Shown: positions 1-12,742 of the stretch, one piece after another | How the letters are laid out: each line of letters begins with the position of its first letter | Position numbering within the stretch: the stretch's first letter is position 1 | Assembly (NCBI GenBank): GCA_003693705.1 | Contig: RBZT01000774.1 | Location: 1 to 61,339, forward strand | Direction: 5' to 3' | Source of the DNA: Polymyxa betae A26-41 | Lineage: Eukaryota > Protista > Endomyxa: Phytomyxea | DNA length: 61,339 nucleotides | Made by a program: the position numbers and the translations under genes | Notes under the pieces: model-generated | The model's input: only the letters and a program-made list of their open reading frames with translations | What the model was told of the DNA's origin: nothing | Databases searched by the model: none

Positions 1-410
1 TATCAACACCCCCGCGTTTTTTTAAACAAGAAAAAGTCAACATTGTTTCAAGACAACCAAGGAGCGATATTCTTGGAGAACAACCACTGCAAAAAACAAG
101 AACGAAACACATCGACGTACGATATCACTTCATACGTGAAAAGGTCGCGGAAGGCCGGATCATAATCAGCTACTGCCCGACGACGGCGATGCTCGCCGAC
201 GCCCTCACCAAGCCGCTCAGCGAGCGAGTATTCAACCAACATCGTTCAACACTCATCAACTATGGCTCGAAGCGCAACCCAGCACCCTATGAGTCCCCAA
301 CTCAAACTGCGAACTGCGGCGCAGCCTCCAGCCTTTACTCACCAGCCACAACTCAGCTCGGAAGCACACACGATTCTTTAGCGAAGGGGCGTGTTGACAC
401 AAGACACTAA
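1..410 (+). pseudogene. Ty1/copia pol C-terminus (RNase H), frameshifted, cut by window start
   Basis: Frame 1 reads TLFQDNQGAIFL; after a slip in the A-run near 91-97, frame 3 reads RTKHIDVRYHFIREKV...MLADALTKPL. These are canonical copia RNase H motifs. Confidence 0.9.
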
Positions 411-518
411 CTCATGTGTGAATCAACTATTACAATTTACCTACAATGAGTTTACCTCAATAAAACTACCTCACTTCTTTAGATAATCATAATCTATCTC
501 CCATCGCCTCGTTTAACA
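381..518 (+). mobile_element. Polypurine tract and probable short 3' LTR of the copia element
   Basis: GCGAAGGGGCG is followed by TGTTGA at 392, AATAAA near 459, and TTAACA ending at 518 (TG...CA ends). The partner LTR is outside the window, so the end is unconfirmed. Confidence 0.55.
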
Positions 519-766
519 TTTGTTTTATGTCCGGATTGAGTATGTGACCCTGAATGAGTGTGAAGGAGCCTCATCTGCAATGCTATCGAAAGGCAATGCT
601 TCAGGTGGATTAGCTCTGTGTCAACTCGATTGATCTGTCGAATGTGGACTAACCGCTCTGATCTGTCGTCATGAGGTCTAGATTTTCGCACATGTTTCGT
701 GGAGATGTTCCTTCTAAGACCCGGAATCTGCTTTGAAAGTTTGTAAAAGGTGCCTCTCGCAGTTGG

Positions 767-2245
767 TCATAAAATCCGCATGATTTCTAGTTTTATGTAA
801 TCATTCAAAGATCTGCCATAGTCAATGCAGGATGGTTCTATCCCCGCGGAATTTTCCAACAGTATATTCACCAGCTTGGTTGAAAGATACAGCCCGTTCT
901 TTTCTCGATAGTCGTCCATGTAGCGGAAGCTACATACGGTTCGGAAATATTTAGTTTCAATCAGAAGCAAAAACTGCGCAAGTACACTGCTCTGTGGCTG
1001 TTTAAAAGAAGTTTCGGAAATTGTAAGCGCAGGATTGGTTCATTCGCCTTGTCGATTGCAGTTGTCAGAATTTTGATAGCATATTTTGCCCTCAATTCTT
1101 CAGCAATCTCAGTGTCTTATGTAAAATTGTCGAGTAGAAAGATTACCGCAACGGTATTTCGATTTTTTAACCGTCGAGGCCGATAAAATTATCTTGAAAA
1201 TTTACTTTCACCACGCAGTCCGGGCTGCTTTGTTTTTTGGTGCTATTTTTGTTCGATTGGTAAACACTAAACCGATTGAAGTTTCATTCTGCATAACATC
1301 AACAAAATGGCGATAGAGCGGGGACTGCTTGTACGATGCTTTGGAAGGCTCCACCTGGCTGCAAAAACAAAGGCTAACGAATGCCGGAATAGAGAAAAAA
1401 GCAATGGAGAATGGGGTAGTCGAAACCCCGACCTCGTCGTTGCTAACGACGCGCGATGACCAACTACACCAATTCCCCGCGGATGTGATCTAAGCTCCTG
1501 CTGCGCGGTTCTGTTAGACGTTGGGCCAACGCCATGCAGAAAGCCTGGTCTGGTTCGGCTCGCGGACGAGAGCGAAAAAGCTTTTCGGATGGGATGCATT
1601 GCTGTCTGCAAGTATTCGTTAGGGTTTGGAGCTTATTGGTTAAGTCAATATCGCAGCCGTCGGAGACCAATCAGAGCCGCCTCAGATGATCGGTGAGGCC
1701 ATTAATAGTGTCCGATATATGATGAAAATCATGAATGTATTATGATTGATAACACAATTCAGCTCAGATTACCGTTTTTCTGTAGAGAAATGTAAAATTC
1801 TCACAGATTTCAGAAACACCACGCCTTCAAAGCACCTCGTATTGCAATGTTTCGTTTCAAGTTACATCGGCAACCACTTACGTTTTGTAAAACTTGATGC
1901 GATCGTATGATGGTTTCATTCACAATCTGTAACATTACATGGAAAATTGCCCCTTCTACCAAACAAATTCCCGCATACAGCTAAGTTTCATGAACTTATG
2001 CCAACAGTGATCGTTGCCATGTTGTTACGTTCCGGAATGTAACATCAACATTACAGGAATCGTTATACTGAGGATGACCGATTCGCGCCTACTTCGCGTT
2101 CAGTAACGACGCCGAGACTAGGGCTCCCAGTCGTTTACGTTACGGGCCAGGGATCGCGGCGGCGGTCGAGTCAGTCTCAGTACCAGGGCCACGACCAGGA
2201 CGAGGGCGAGTACGCCCGTCACCGACCATATCCGAAGACGACCCA
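767..2245 (-). CDS. Possible spliced membrane-anchored hypothetical protein (internal exons unresolved)
   Basis: GC-rich first exon MGRLRIWSVTGVLALVLVVALVLRLTRPPPRSLA followed by a GTAACG donor. Candidate exons near 1430-1610 and 767-970. Confidence 0.3.
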
Positions 2246-2462
2246 TCTCAATGGTATGTCGAGCCGATCCACGAACGGGGACCCGCAACGCACTCCGTCA
2301 GTCTTGACCAGCCAGCCTGGAAGTAACGTAAAGTTCGTTTATGCTTTTGACGTTTCATCAACATACAAAAAATAGCAAAGTGAAGAGCGACGATTTCTTT
2401 CCAATTGATGAATTCTCAACCCAGCCTTGGACAGCCTGGTAACGGAACTATTGTGTGCGTTG

Positions 2463-2512
2463 TTAACGTTGCGCTGTAAGGTAACGTTGCGATGTAAGGT
2501 AACGTTGCGATG
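2463..2512. repeat. 18-bp tandem repeat, about 3 copies (taacgttgcg[c/a]tgtaagg)
   Basis: Directly visible in the sequence. Confidence 0.85.
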
Positions 2513-3165
2513 TTAAAGAATGTCGATTTCGTTTCATCTCCTTCTGAGCAATGATTGACCCCATAGCAAGGGGCGACAATCGCCTGCCAATTTGATCGTG
2601 ATCGCATCCGAGTCTTGACCGACCCAAAAGCGGAATCTTTGCTTCTGTTTTACGTCTCAAAGTATTTCGAATTCGTTACTTCTCTATGGTAACGTCCACG
2701 GAACGTTTCAAATAAGTAAGGGTGAAGTCGCTACTTTAATCACATGGACTGGTTGACCACACGCTGATCAACCATGAGCGAACAGACACTATAGTCGATC
2801 TATCAGTGTTGATTATGAGCGCATGTAGGACATCGGCCAATCTTCTCGGCCCGGTCGTGCCCGCCCCCAAGCTTATCCAAACACGAGAACTCATCACGAA
2901 ACGATTCTACGTTTTTTCCGAAAAATTCCGCATTCCATGGATAGACAGCAATGCCGTCTGTTTGATTAACGACCGAAGAGAAGGAAGACAGTCATACGGG
3001 TTTGCAGACGGCTTCGTTGATATGTAACGGAAACGAAAGTCGATGTCGGTAAGAGAAACGAAATTCGCGAGGTTTTGCTGCCCTCAAACAGACGGTTTGT
3101 ATTTGGCGACCATGCGCTTTCGAAATTATTTTTGGCGAACTTCGTAGAGGGAAGATGATGCGAAT

Positions 3166-3644
3166 TTGCTGATGGCAGAGAAGGAGAATGGGGTCCGTAC
3201 GGACCCCAGAGAGCCCCAGACCAAGCGCAAAGACCTCATGCCGCTCGATGGTCTCTGTCCAATACACGTAATCCCTAACAATCCTAAGCTCGCTGCAATC
3301 CCTGAAGATCCAGATCCCCACACCTGGAGAATCCCAACCAAGGGTTAGGGTTTTAGGGTTTGCTCTGCGAGCACTGCGACACCACGCTCGACAAATCATC
3401 GTCATCATTCACCTGCGCATTTCTCCCCAACACCACAATCGGCTCCAGCACCGTCGCCGTACAGACCGGCGGCGGTCGCCTTTTCACAACGCGGGCCAGC
3501 ACGACGCCGACCGGTAGCGCTGCGTTTTTGACAGGCCAGGCCGCATGGGGCGGCTTCGCGGGCGCCAGGGCCATCCGTCGCAGCGATATCGAAATGGCCT
3601 ATGATGGGACGTGCTGGCCCACCCACGACAGCCCCGGCGGGTAG
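3166..3644 (+). pseudogene. ORF split by a 14-nt telomere-like insertion
   Basis: Deleting TTAGGG+TTTTAGGG (3345-3358) fuses ORF 3166-3348 with ORF 3360-3644 in frame (PTKG-LLCEHCD). Product unknown. Confidence 0.4.
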
Positions 3645-4492
3645 CTGGCTGGCTGGCTGGCGGCTCTGCATGACCAGAACCGTCGCGGCTGGCGCAGGCG
3701 GTCCCAGACTGTGGGCCGTGTGCGGGTGGGGGGGGGGTTACCACCAGCCAGTGCCCCTGTTGAGTGTGACCTCCACCCCACCACCACCACACCACCACCC
3801 CATTACCCCACCACACCACCTCCAGCCGACGGTCCCAATAACGCGTCGGCTGGCGGGCTGCGGGGCCTGTGGGGTGGTGTTCGAGCTGGGCGTCCCGACA
3901 CTGCATTGGACATCGTGTGCTGCTGGCCTTGCCTGAATTTGGTTGCTATGAGAGTCGCGTGGTCGGGTAGAGGCTATCAGGCGATCATCATCGTGGCAAT
4001 TTAGTTGCGCAAACGGATCGTCACGCACGAGCCTCGTTAACAAAAAACGCAAGGAAACTTCAAAAACATTTCACTTTGCGAATCTAATCACTTTGATAAA
4101 TTATGATTTTTGTAGTTTATGTTTCGAAGGGAAATCAGCATTGACATGCCTCTGTAAGGGCAAAATCCTGAACCCTAACGATAACCGATCGCAGGCAGAA
4201 AAACGCAACTTGCGAATGACGGTTAACGCCAAAGAAATTGACCTTCGAAAACCATAACCTCATTGTTGGACCTTTTCCGCGTCACACACTGCTTCTCTCT
4301 CTCTACCGCAACATTACACTTACTTGATGTAACATTACACGCCAGGAACCTCTGTCGAAGAAGTTTCGCCTTCGGCCGAACATGATGGAAACGGCAAAAA
4401 CCCCGTGGCAGATCAATCACTGGCGATCGATCGGTCCCGGACGTTCAAGGCATCCGAAAGTTCTGGATAGATCGATCACTCATCATCCATCA

Positions 4493-7400
4493 ATGATTGC
4501 CAACCTCAACACAGCCGCCGCCTTGCTGGTGGTACTGGGCCTAATCGCCGCCGGCGCCCTGGCCAACAACAACGACGACGACATCAACGACGCCGTACTG
4601 GACTCGGAAACGCGCGCCCTCATTCACCTCTTTACCCAGACGATTCCTGACTGGTGCGACCAGAACCGGCAGTTATTTTTCCTTTTTTTTGTGTAAAAAA
4701 CGACAAGAGTTTTTTGTCATTTGAAAAACTTCAAAACTAGTTCAATTCCATTTTTCGGCGATGTTGTTCGCGACGGAATCGTCTGATTCGATTGCAGGAC
4801 GAGAGGGCCGCCGAACAAGACCCAGGAGCGCCACTTCTTCCGGCAAGTGTATACTGGCCCCTACGTCAAGAGCACGCAGGCGGACTTCCTGCACTGCACC
4901 GACACGAGCCCGAACCCCTCCACACAGTACAAGAATTTCTCGCGCGTTCTCGGACGCATCGACCTGGCCCTGGGCCGGCACGACCACGACCTGGGTGTGT
5001 ACGGCCGCCTGTTCGACCTGGCCCGCGGCTATTTCTTCGACGGACCGGATCTCGAGTTGACGCGCTGGCTGTGCCGGGCCGTACAGGCCCCCGACCAGGA
5101 TATCGCGCTGCTCGGGGCGCGCCTGGCCCAATGCCTGCCGCCGTCGTGGGCCGCGGGCCTGTACGACGCCCGCGCTGCGGACGAATCGAATTCCGTTCCG
5201 TTCGAGGGCCCGTCCGTGCTGCTGGCGATGGTGCTGTCGCCGTATTCGCCGCGAATGGCGGAGATCGTCCATGAGCTGGTCGAGACGCTGCCCGAATGGG
5301 TCCGCGACCAACCCTCTCTGCATCTTCACGATCTATTGCATGAAATTATTTGGTAACGAATTTGGTCTTTTTGCTTTGAAACGGAACTTTTTTTCTTGTA
5401 TTTTTACATTTTTTATAGTCGAATCTGCTCCTGTTTTTGTCGCAATTTACGACTTTGTGTTTTTTACGCAATTTTCGACGTTTTAGGCCATTTTCACTTT
5501 TCTGGTTTCAGATTCGACTTTATCTTGGACAATATTTTCGATGTTTGTCATTGCTGATTGATTGTCGTCTGTAGGGCGGATATCGAGAATAATGATACCA
5601 TCATGGCCTTAATCAATCGAATGCGTCCTGAGGATGTCGACGTGGTTCTGAAACGTGAAAGTCAGGTTCCGCTCTATGAATGGCTGCAATATTTTACGAT
5701 GCATCTGGTCCGCGGCATTCAAGATGGACGACTCGATATGGCCAAGCTCACGAGAATCTTCGCCAGATTTGATGACTGCCCGAAACGATCGAATCAGTTT
5801 TATATCTGCGCTACCATGCAATGGAATGTCGATTGGATTCGCGACTTCCTCTGGGAACAAACTTTCAATTGTCGCGAGTAAGGAGAATACGCATTTTTCT
5901 CGAATTGAAAAATCAAGTTTTTTCTGTTCTGGAAATCTTGTGGTTTTATTTTGTGAGGGCAGTTTGCTTATCAATGTTTTCGAGAAATACTTTGAAAGTT
6001 TCTATCGATTCCTGCTTTATGAAGAAAGTTTTCCTTTTTTTTCGTTTCGATTTTGTTTTCTGAAAAACACTTTAAAATTTTTCCATTTTTTAACTTTTAA
6101 GGAAAAATTCACTGTTCTCTCTATTTAGCGTTTCAGGACATTATCGTGTCTTGGTTGCGTACTGACCCAATGGGTTCTGTCTCATAGTGTCCCGGATTGG
6201 ATCTGCGTCGAGCTTGTGAGCCGCTGGAAGCGAAGCATCGTCGTCGCCGACGACTTCCTGTCGACCCTCTCTCAGCCCAGCGACGCTGCTGTCCAGTTCC
6301 GCCATTACCTCCTGCCCGAATGGTAACGTTAATTGGTGTAACGTTGCCAGGACATGCGGGCTGATGCGATTGGTTTGCGCAGGTTGAAATACCAGAAACA
6401 GCAGCAATGGTCGGGCATGACCTATTCGATGCGCGAGGTCACGATGTTCACGTGGCTCTTCTATATGATCTGTAACGTGGAACTCGATATCGTAACGTTA
6501 ATTGGGCGCGAGGACCCCGTCTCGCCGTCCGATCGTTCCGCGGCCGATGCCCTGCGCACGTTATATACGGCGCTGGCGACCGAGTAAGCACGCCAACTGT
6601 CCCAACGTTAGGGATTAGGGTTTCTCACCGTTCTGCAGTCTATTGGATGCGTGCTATCCGCGTCTGATGGTCCCGATTGATCTCAGCCCGACCTACCTCT
6701 TGCCGTACTGGCTCATGCGGGCCAGCCGTTCGGACCTCGAGAACGAATGTGACTGGCGCGGCCGCAACCTCAATTGCCTGGCTTGCGCGCTGATCTTCTT
6801 AACGCTGCAGACCACCCACGACACTGTCGCGGACCTGCTGCCCATGCTGAAACGTGTCAGCAACGTTACCGAAACGCTCGGCGACGCAGCCCCGTTCTAC
6901 GGGCCCGTCCTCGGTTCGGCGCCCGACGCAATCGGGATCGTGGACCCCAACCAGGTCGCCGTACTGGCTCTGCTCCATGACCCGGACCTGCGTCACGATG
7001 CCGACACGCGCAAGCTGTGCCAGGCGCTGGATGCGCTGGCCCCGGACGCGGTCCGGACGCTGACCTGGTTCGCATCGGAGCCGTCGTTGTATCAGTCGAC
7101 CATGCGGGTGTATCTGGCCCAGACCATCATGGCCCTCGAAACGGGTAATGCTGCCCCAGCCCCCTTCTGTTGTTGTTGTGCTGATTGCGTTTGTGCGTAG
7201 CGAATTTCTGCTACTCGTTGATGGATTGTATCGTTCCAAAGAAACAGAATCGGGTAAACGCACTTTTAATAATGTTTGTACAATTTTCTGGTTTTTTTTG
7301 TATCCAAACAACCAAAATCTGGAATTTTTTTTCTATTAATCAAGATTAATTGGTCTGAAATATTTCAGTGAAAGTTTGTTGTTATGCGTTTAACAGTTAA

Positions 7401-7783
7401 CTTGAACAATTTTATTGCATCAAACAATTCTGGTCATTTTTCATCTGAAATTCTGGAGAATCATCATAGTGTAAAAGCACTTTGCATTTTCTGAATGGTG
7501 TTTGCAGAAGAGGAAAAAGGACGACCTTCCATCATGCGCTGTCTGCCTCAACTCGGTGTTCGGTTCTACCAAGACGGTTCGTCTATCGTGTGGTCACCTG
7601 TTCTGTCTGGATTGTATCCAGGCATGGTTCGTCATTAAAGACTCCTGCCCCATGTGTCGTCAGCGACATGTTCATCAGCTGTCTAGGACGCGATTCATCG
7701 AGATGGTTGATGCCAGGATGCAGCTACCTGCTGATTGGATGTACTGGCCTTCAAATTGGCCGCGAAGAAGAACGGAGCAATAA
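4493..7783 (+). CDS. Secreted RING-HC (C3HC4) E3 ligase-like protein, 8 exons, about 752 aa
   Basis: Exons 4493-4671, 4798-5352, 5575-5877, 6137-6322, 6383-6583, 6639-7144, 7201-7253 and 7508-7783 splice in frame via GT-AG. Signal peptide MIANLNTAAALLVVLGLIAAGALA; basic PKKQNRKRKK; RING CAVC...CGHLFCLDC...CPMC. Confidence 0.75.
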
Positions 7784-8114
7784 ACTTATATTGTATCTTG
7801 CTTATCACGAACACATCTCAGGAACCCTGAACTCAAACAATTCGATCTTCTTTAGAGCTCCTGGACGCTTGATCTTCGCTTGGTTTTCGGACCTGTGCTG
7901 CTATGTCGTTTCGTAAGGTTTAATAATATCGTAGAGCAGCAAATTCAGAAAGACAGTTGTTTTATTCTGATAGTAGGACAATAATCACAGATTCCGGCGT
8001 TTCGCAGAGACTCAGGAGAAACGTCAAAACATATACTTCTATAAAACATTCCGAATTACAATGACCAAAATAATTCTTGAAAGGCTGAATTTGTTGAGCT
8101 TTGAAAACTTGTTG

Positions 8115-11100
8115 TTAAAGACTTGCCGTTCCAGACAGCTTTACGTTCTCAACACGTTCCCCGCCTCTTTCTAAACGAAGCCTGGAACGTTTAGTTTCTA
8201 TATCCGGTTGAAATTCCCCGCGTTCCATATGGTAAACAGAGCGTGACAGATATTCCGGCGTGTATGGATGCTTTGGGAAGCGTAGCTGTAAAGGGGATTC
8301 CACGGCGTCTTGGATGAACTTCGCCTTTAACAAATCTGAAGAGCAATAGCGCTTTGACGCATTTCGGTTCAGGAGCCGTCTCAAAAGATAAGTGACTTCT
8401 TTTGGGGCACGAGTTCGTGACAGATCAAGTTCGCCATTCTTCGCCTAAGCTATTGTTAAGTTAAATGCCAGAGCAACGGACATGTCATACAGCGTTGACA
8501 TCAGCCAGAGTTGATTCCGGCGTTAATAGCCGATATAGTATGGCACCAACGCTCCACATGTCGCATTTTGGACCGATACGACCACCTTCCTCGACCTCCG
8601 GGGCTATAAAAGATCGGGTCTCGTCATCTAATGCCGAGACGAAAAACTTCCTCAGTCCGATATCAACCATCTGCACAGTTATTGGTCGAAAAGACACTGC
8701 AGTGAAGGAACAAAAAATCGGGGAAGCCATAAATTCAATTCAACGGAGGCAAATCACTCAAACGTAACTAGATTCAAAAGTTTGAACTTTTCAGGGGAGT
8801 GAAAACAGTTAGATGGTACAATCAAAAGCATTGCAGCAGCTCTGACCTGAATGCGATGCTTTCGTAACGATTCCAAGCATAATACGATATTAGCAGGTCC
8901 GAACGCTCTGAGACAGCATTAGAAGACAGCATTCATGTACCAAGTGTCACACCCGAGTATCATTCCTTGACTATGCAAGAACCTCAGCCCAGAGATGACT
9001 TGGCGCATGATCAGAGCCACAGTATTCAGTGACATGATCCCTCGAGCGTTAATAATTTCATCTAAGCGGACCCAATCTGCAGGTGATTGAGAGAAATCCA
9101 AGATTAACCCACAACCAACGGAAAGACCATCCAAACATCAACAAATATTAAGACTCCTAAGAAATGGGCACTTACTTGGAATGTAAGGTCTCAAAATATA
9201 GATTCTGTCATTGTCTTCATACAAGGCCGCAGATTTCGCAATGTTGTGATCATCAACGAAGCGAAGAACCCCGGATTCGATTCGCAGCGTGAGCAAATCA
9301 GAATCTTTAACCACTATTGTAACACATTTAGAAAGGCGTTCGTTGAAAGCAAATGTACAAACTGATCTTGTCGATGTACTTCATCATATAGTGCTGGCCG
9401 GTATACGCTCCTTTACACTCGAACACATTAGGAAGGCAGGGGTGCACTACACTGCTAATTTGATAATGCTCCTGTGAAAAAATTCAGAATTACATTGCTT
9501 GATTAAACCATATGAAACGAACAAACATGAAAACCGAGCAAAATGCGACTACTCAAAGAAAAGAGTAGAGCACAATCCCTTCAGAGATGAGATATTTGCC
9601 TAGATTACAGCGAAAGACCAAATTAGCCTGTAAAATTAAAATTGGCCAATAGTACCGGTAGCTTAAAGTCTCTCGAAGCAATACGAATCGCTTCAACCCA
9701 TCGATCGCGTTGCTCAGCAGTGTCCAGGTAAATGATACGAGTAAGACGGGATATTGTTGACACAATCTGAAAAGCGAATTGCGCCCAATGATGACTCCTG
9801 CCATTGGAAATATAAGGATTGTCATCATCTGCGATCGGGTTGCAGATAGCTCCATGCAGTGACAGGACAATATTCGGTTTCGTCGACGACTGCCTATGGT
9901 ACGAGTACAGCATATTGTTGCTGATGACCACCCAGCGACGCTTCAAGCGCTGCAGACACCAGATGAAACCACATCGACAAAACAGCAAAAGCTAAATGGG
10001 AACAACTGCAAAGAGGGAAATTATAGGAGAGATTACGTAACATAAGAAACTGTAGGGCTTGGCCTCGTTCTGTCATAACGGGGCCTCCTTTAATGTGAAG
10101 GAGTCCCTTTGAAATGGGACTCTCATAACCTACTTTCAGAAACCATGTCTGCTTATAGACGTAACCTTGCATCGAGATGCAACTCAGATCAGCGCTGCTC
10201 GAGCGGCCGTCGTCGGAGCTCAGTTCGAAATCGCACATGCATGGCGCTTTTCCTTCAGCATTCGAGCTTTTAAAAAAGTCGGAAGATGATCGCTCATTGA
10301 TCCTGTAGATCAGGGTCTGAATGCACATCACGGATGCTGCCTAATCATTTACATACCACGATTGGGCGGCTACTGCCTCATCATTGGAGGCGAAGCTTCC
10401 TTTTGGTGGCCCGGAGACCCTGAGAAACTGTCAAATTTTCACGAATAACACATTACACTTCGCACCAGAATTCAGGGAATAAAAATCGATGCAGGTATTT
10501 GAAAATTCTTCGTCTTGAGCATGTTTCAAAGAAGTCGACTCCATGAAACAACCCCTCTGCGAAGCTTGGAATGCCATCAGGCTGAGCTGTGTCATCAGGA
10601 AGGTCTCCCGGAATCTGCGAAAAAGGAGAAGGATCGCGGCAATCACGAAGCCACTTTGCAGGATTCACAGCAATATCAAGGACGAAAGCTCGAAGCCCTG
10701 TGAAAGTATCATGGCTATCGACCTGGAAAAGTTGACTTGCACGAAAGAAAAAGGACGAGGACCATCACCAGCTGAACAAGGTCAGTGAATGATATCCGAT
10801 CACTAAAGCTTCGGTCCGATTTCTGATTTAGGAGAGCATCGACAGTTTCTTTCACCTAGGTACAGGGGCATGAGACCGAAGAAGCAGATCTCGTAGAGAG
10901 TTGACGAAAGCTCAACAGAAAGCCAAAGAAAAAAGCAGCAGCAGACGAAGACAGAACTTCGTTCTTGAGATGAAGTTATAACGATTGTCATACCTTAATC
11001 TCAGTGATCATGAGATAGACGGCATTATGGACATCGACTCCCATTAAACTGCAGGCACAGTCTATGACCAGATCGACAATATGGATATTCTGGCCGATAG

Positions 11101-11612
11101 ATTTCACGTTCGTGACCATCACAAACGATGTCCTTCAATAATTCCACCTGCAAGCCATTAACAAACAGATGCAGCAAAGAATTTCCGGATGGAAATGCAA
11201 GCGACTGCTCATGAGAAGCGACTCAAAATTGTCTAAATCTTCCAAACCTATCGGATAAACACACAGAAAGAAGCTAAACAAGTCTCAGTCAGACCTTTGC
11301 TGCATTCTTGGAGTTGGAAAAAACGCTGAACCCCAGAAGAAAGTTATTGTAGTTGATGGCATCCCGTTTATAGTAGTCAAACATTTTGAACACATTCTCG
11401 ACTAAGTCGGGTGCTATCGCAAAAAGCTTCAGAAAACTTTCCCTGTCGATATTGCGCTCGACGCGGCGCCACGAGATCTCCTGAAATCGTCGTCGTACAT
11501 TGACAAGATTATCGACTCCACAAACTGCATCTAATCAGAGCCGCATGATTACAGCATAAATTTACTGACAGAGTTTGCAGAATTCTATCGACTTTCTCAG
11601 AACAGAACTCAT
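8115..11612 (-). CDS. CDPK7-like EF-hand/PH/pseudokinase, paralog of 49976-53666
   Basis: Degenerate EF region (VFKMFDYYKRDAINYNNFL); PH domain (MQGYVYKQ..KRRWVVISNNMLY..RDRWVEAI); kinase fold with YMMK, LGAFGPAN (in place of HRDLKxEN), DIG, APE and DMWSVG. Middle exons not fully resolved. Confidence 0.8.
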
Positions 11613-12742
11613 CCAGGGTTATCTAAATGTCCAAATACTGTAAAAGCAGGCCGGATCGGCAAAGCCAGAGATATTCATAGATTTTATTGCGCAGTCGACA
11701 TACAAACTTGCGCGACTGATCGATGCGACTTTGCGCAACTGAGGATCGCGATATTGCGCGACTGAGGGATCGCGACAGTTGCCCTGCCTGGGAGGATTCA
11801 TCGGCGATAGCCTGACGCCGATTGGATATCAACTTATAGAGGAGGTAGAAATGGTGGCATTGGCATTATCGTCACCAGCGACGCTAGCAGAACATGGGTG
11901 TGGCTTGCTTAGGAAGCTTCCGGTTTTAAACAGAAATCATCTCGGCGAGCTCAACGTCCAAACTTGCCGATTGCCACATAGTCGCCGCTCTGGGGACTAA
12001 GTGTGATCAGAAGCGGACGGTGGTGCTGCTCCCAGCTGAAGATGGCAATCCTTTTGTAAAGCGGGTCACAACGGATATCAAACTAAACACCGGCGCTCTT
12101 TATAAATGGCGAAAACTTGAATTCATAAATGCACATGTTCGGTGTTATGGCATTCTAGAAAACGTTTTGAAAATCCGGATCGAATAATTTATCATATTGT
12201 TTTCGGAGATCTGACAATGGGTGAATAACGAATGCATAAGAGTCTGAAAATCATTGGATATGATGGCAAGCAGCTGCAAATTTGTCATAAGAATCATTTA
12301 GGACTATCATCGAGAGGATTTGTGGTCTGACGTGTGGCTCTTAGTTGTGACGGCTCATGCAATTTTATCGATTATTGCAGGAGTGGAATGATGCATGGTG
12401 CACCCATTTTTGAAGTCGCCAGAGATGGTGCGAATTCTGGAATAATATTGAAGGAATGTCTGTAGAACTTTCCAGGTTTCAGGTATATGACTCTAAAGCT
12501 GTCGGCCTTCATCCATGCGCTGTTCCGTTTATAAACTTCGATATGAAATATCATAAGTCAGAACGTGCCAAAAGAATAGCGGTATTTCAATGCAAAGAAT
12601 TGCTCCACGAAACTGCGGAACTCACAATCTGAAAAATTTCTGATCCGCAATAATTTTCACTTACGGTGACAGTCTGTTAGATCTTCCAAATCGCTGCTTT
12701 TAGAAATGTGCGCAGTCGCAGTTTCCATCGTTGTTTTTATAG

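Noticed and set aside
3341-3362. True telomere or 13-nt intron
   Set aside because: Only two repeat units in an internal position; 13 nt is implausibly short and splicing it would not join the two ORFs.
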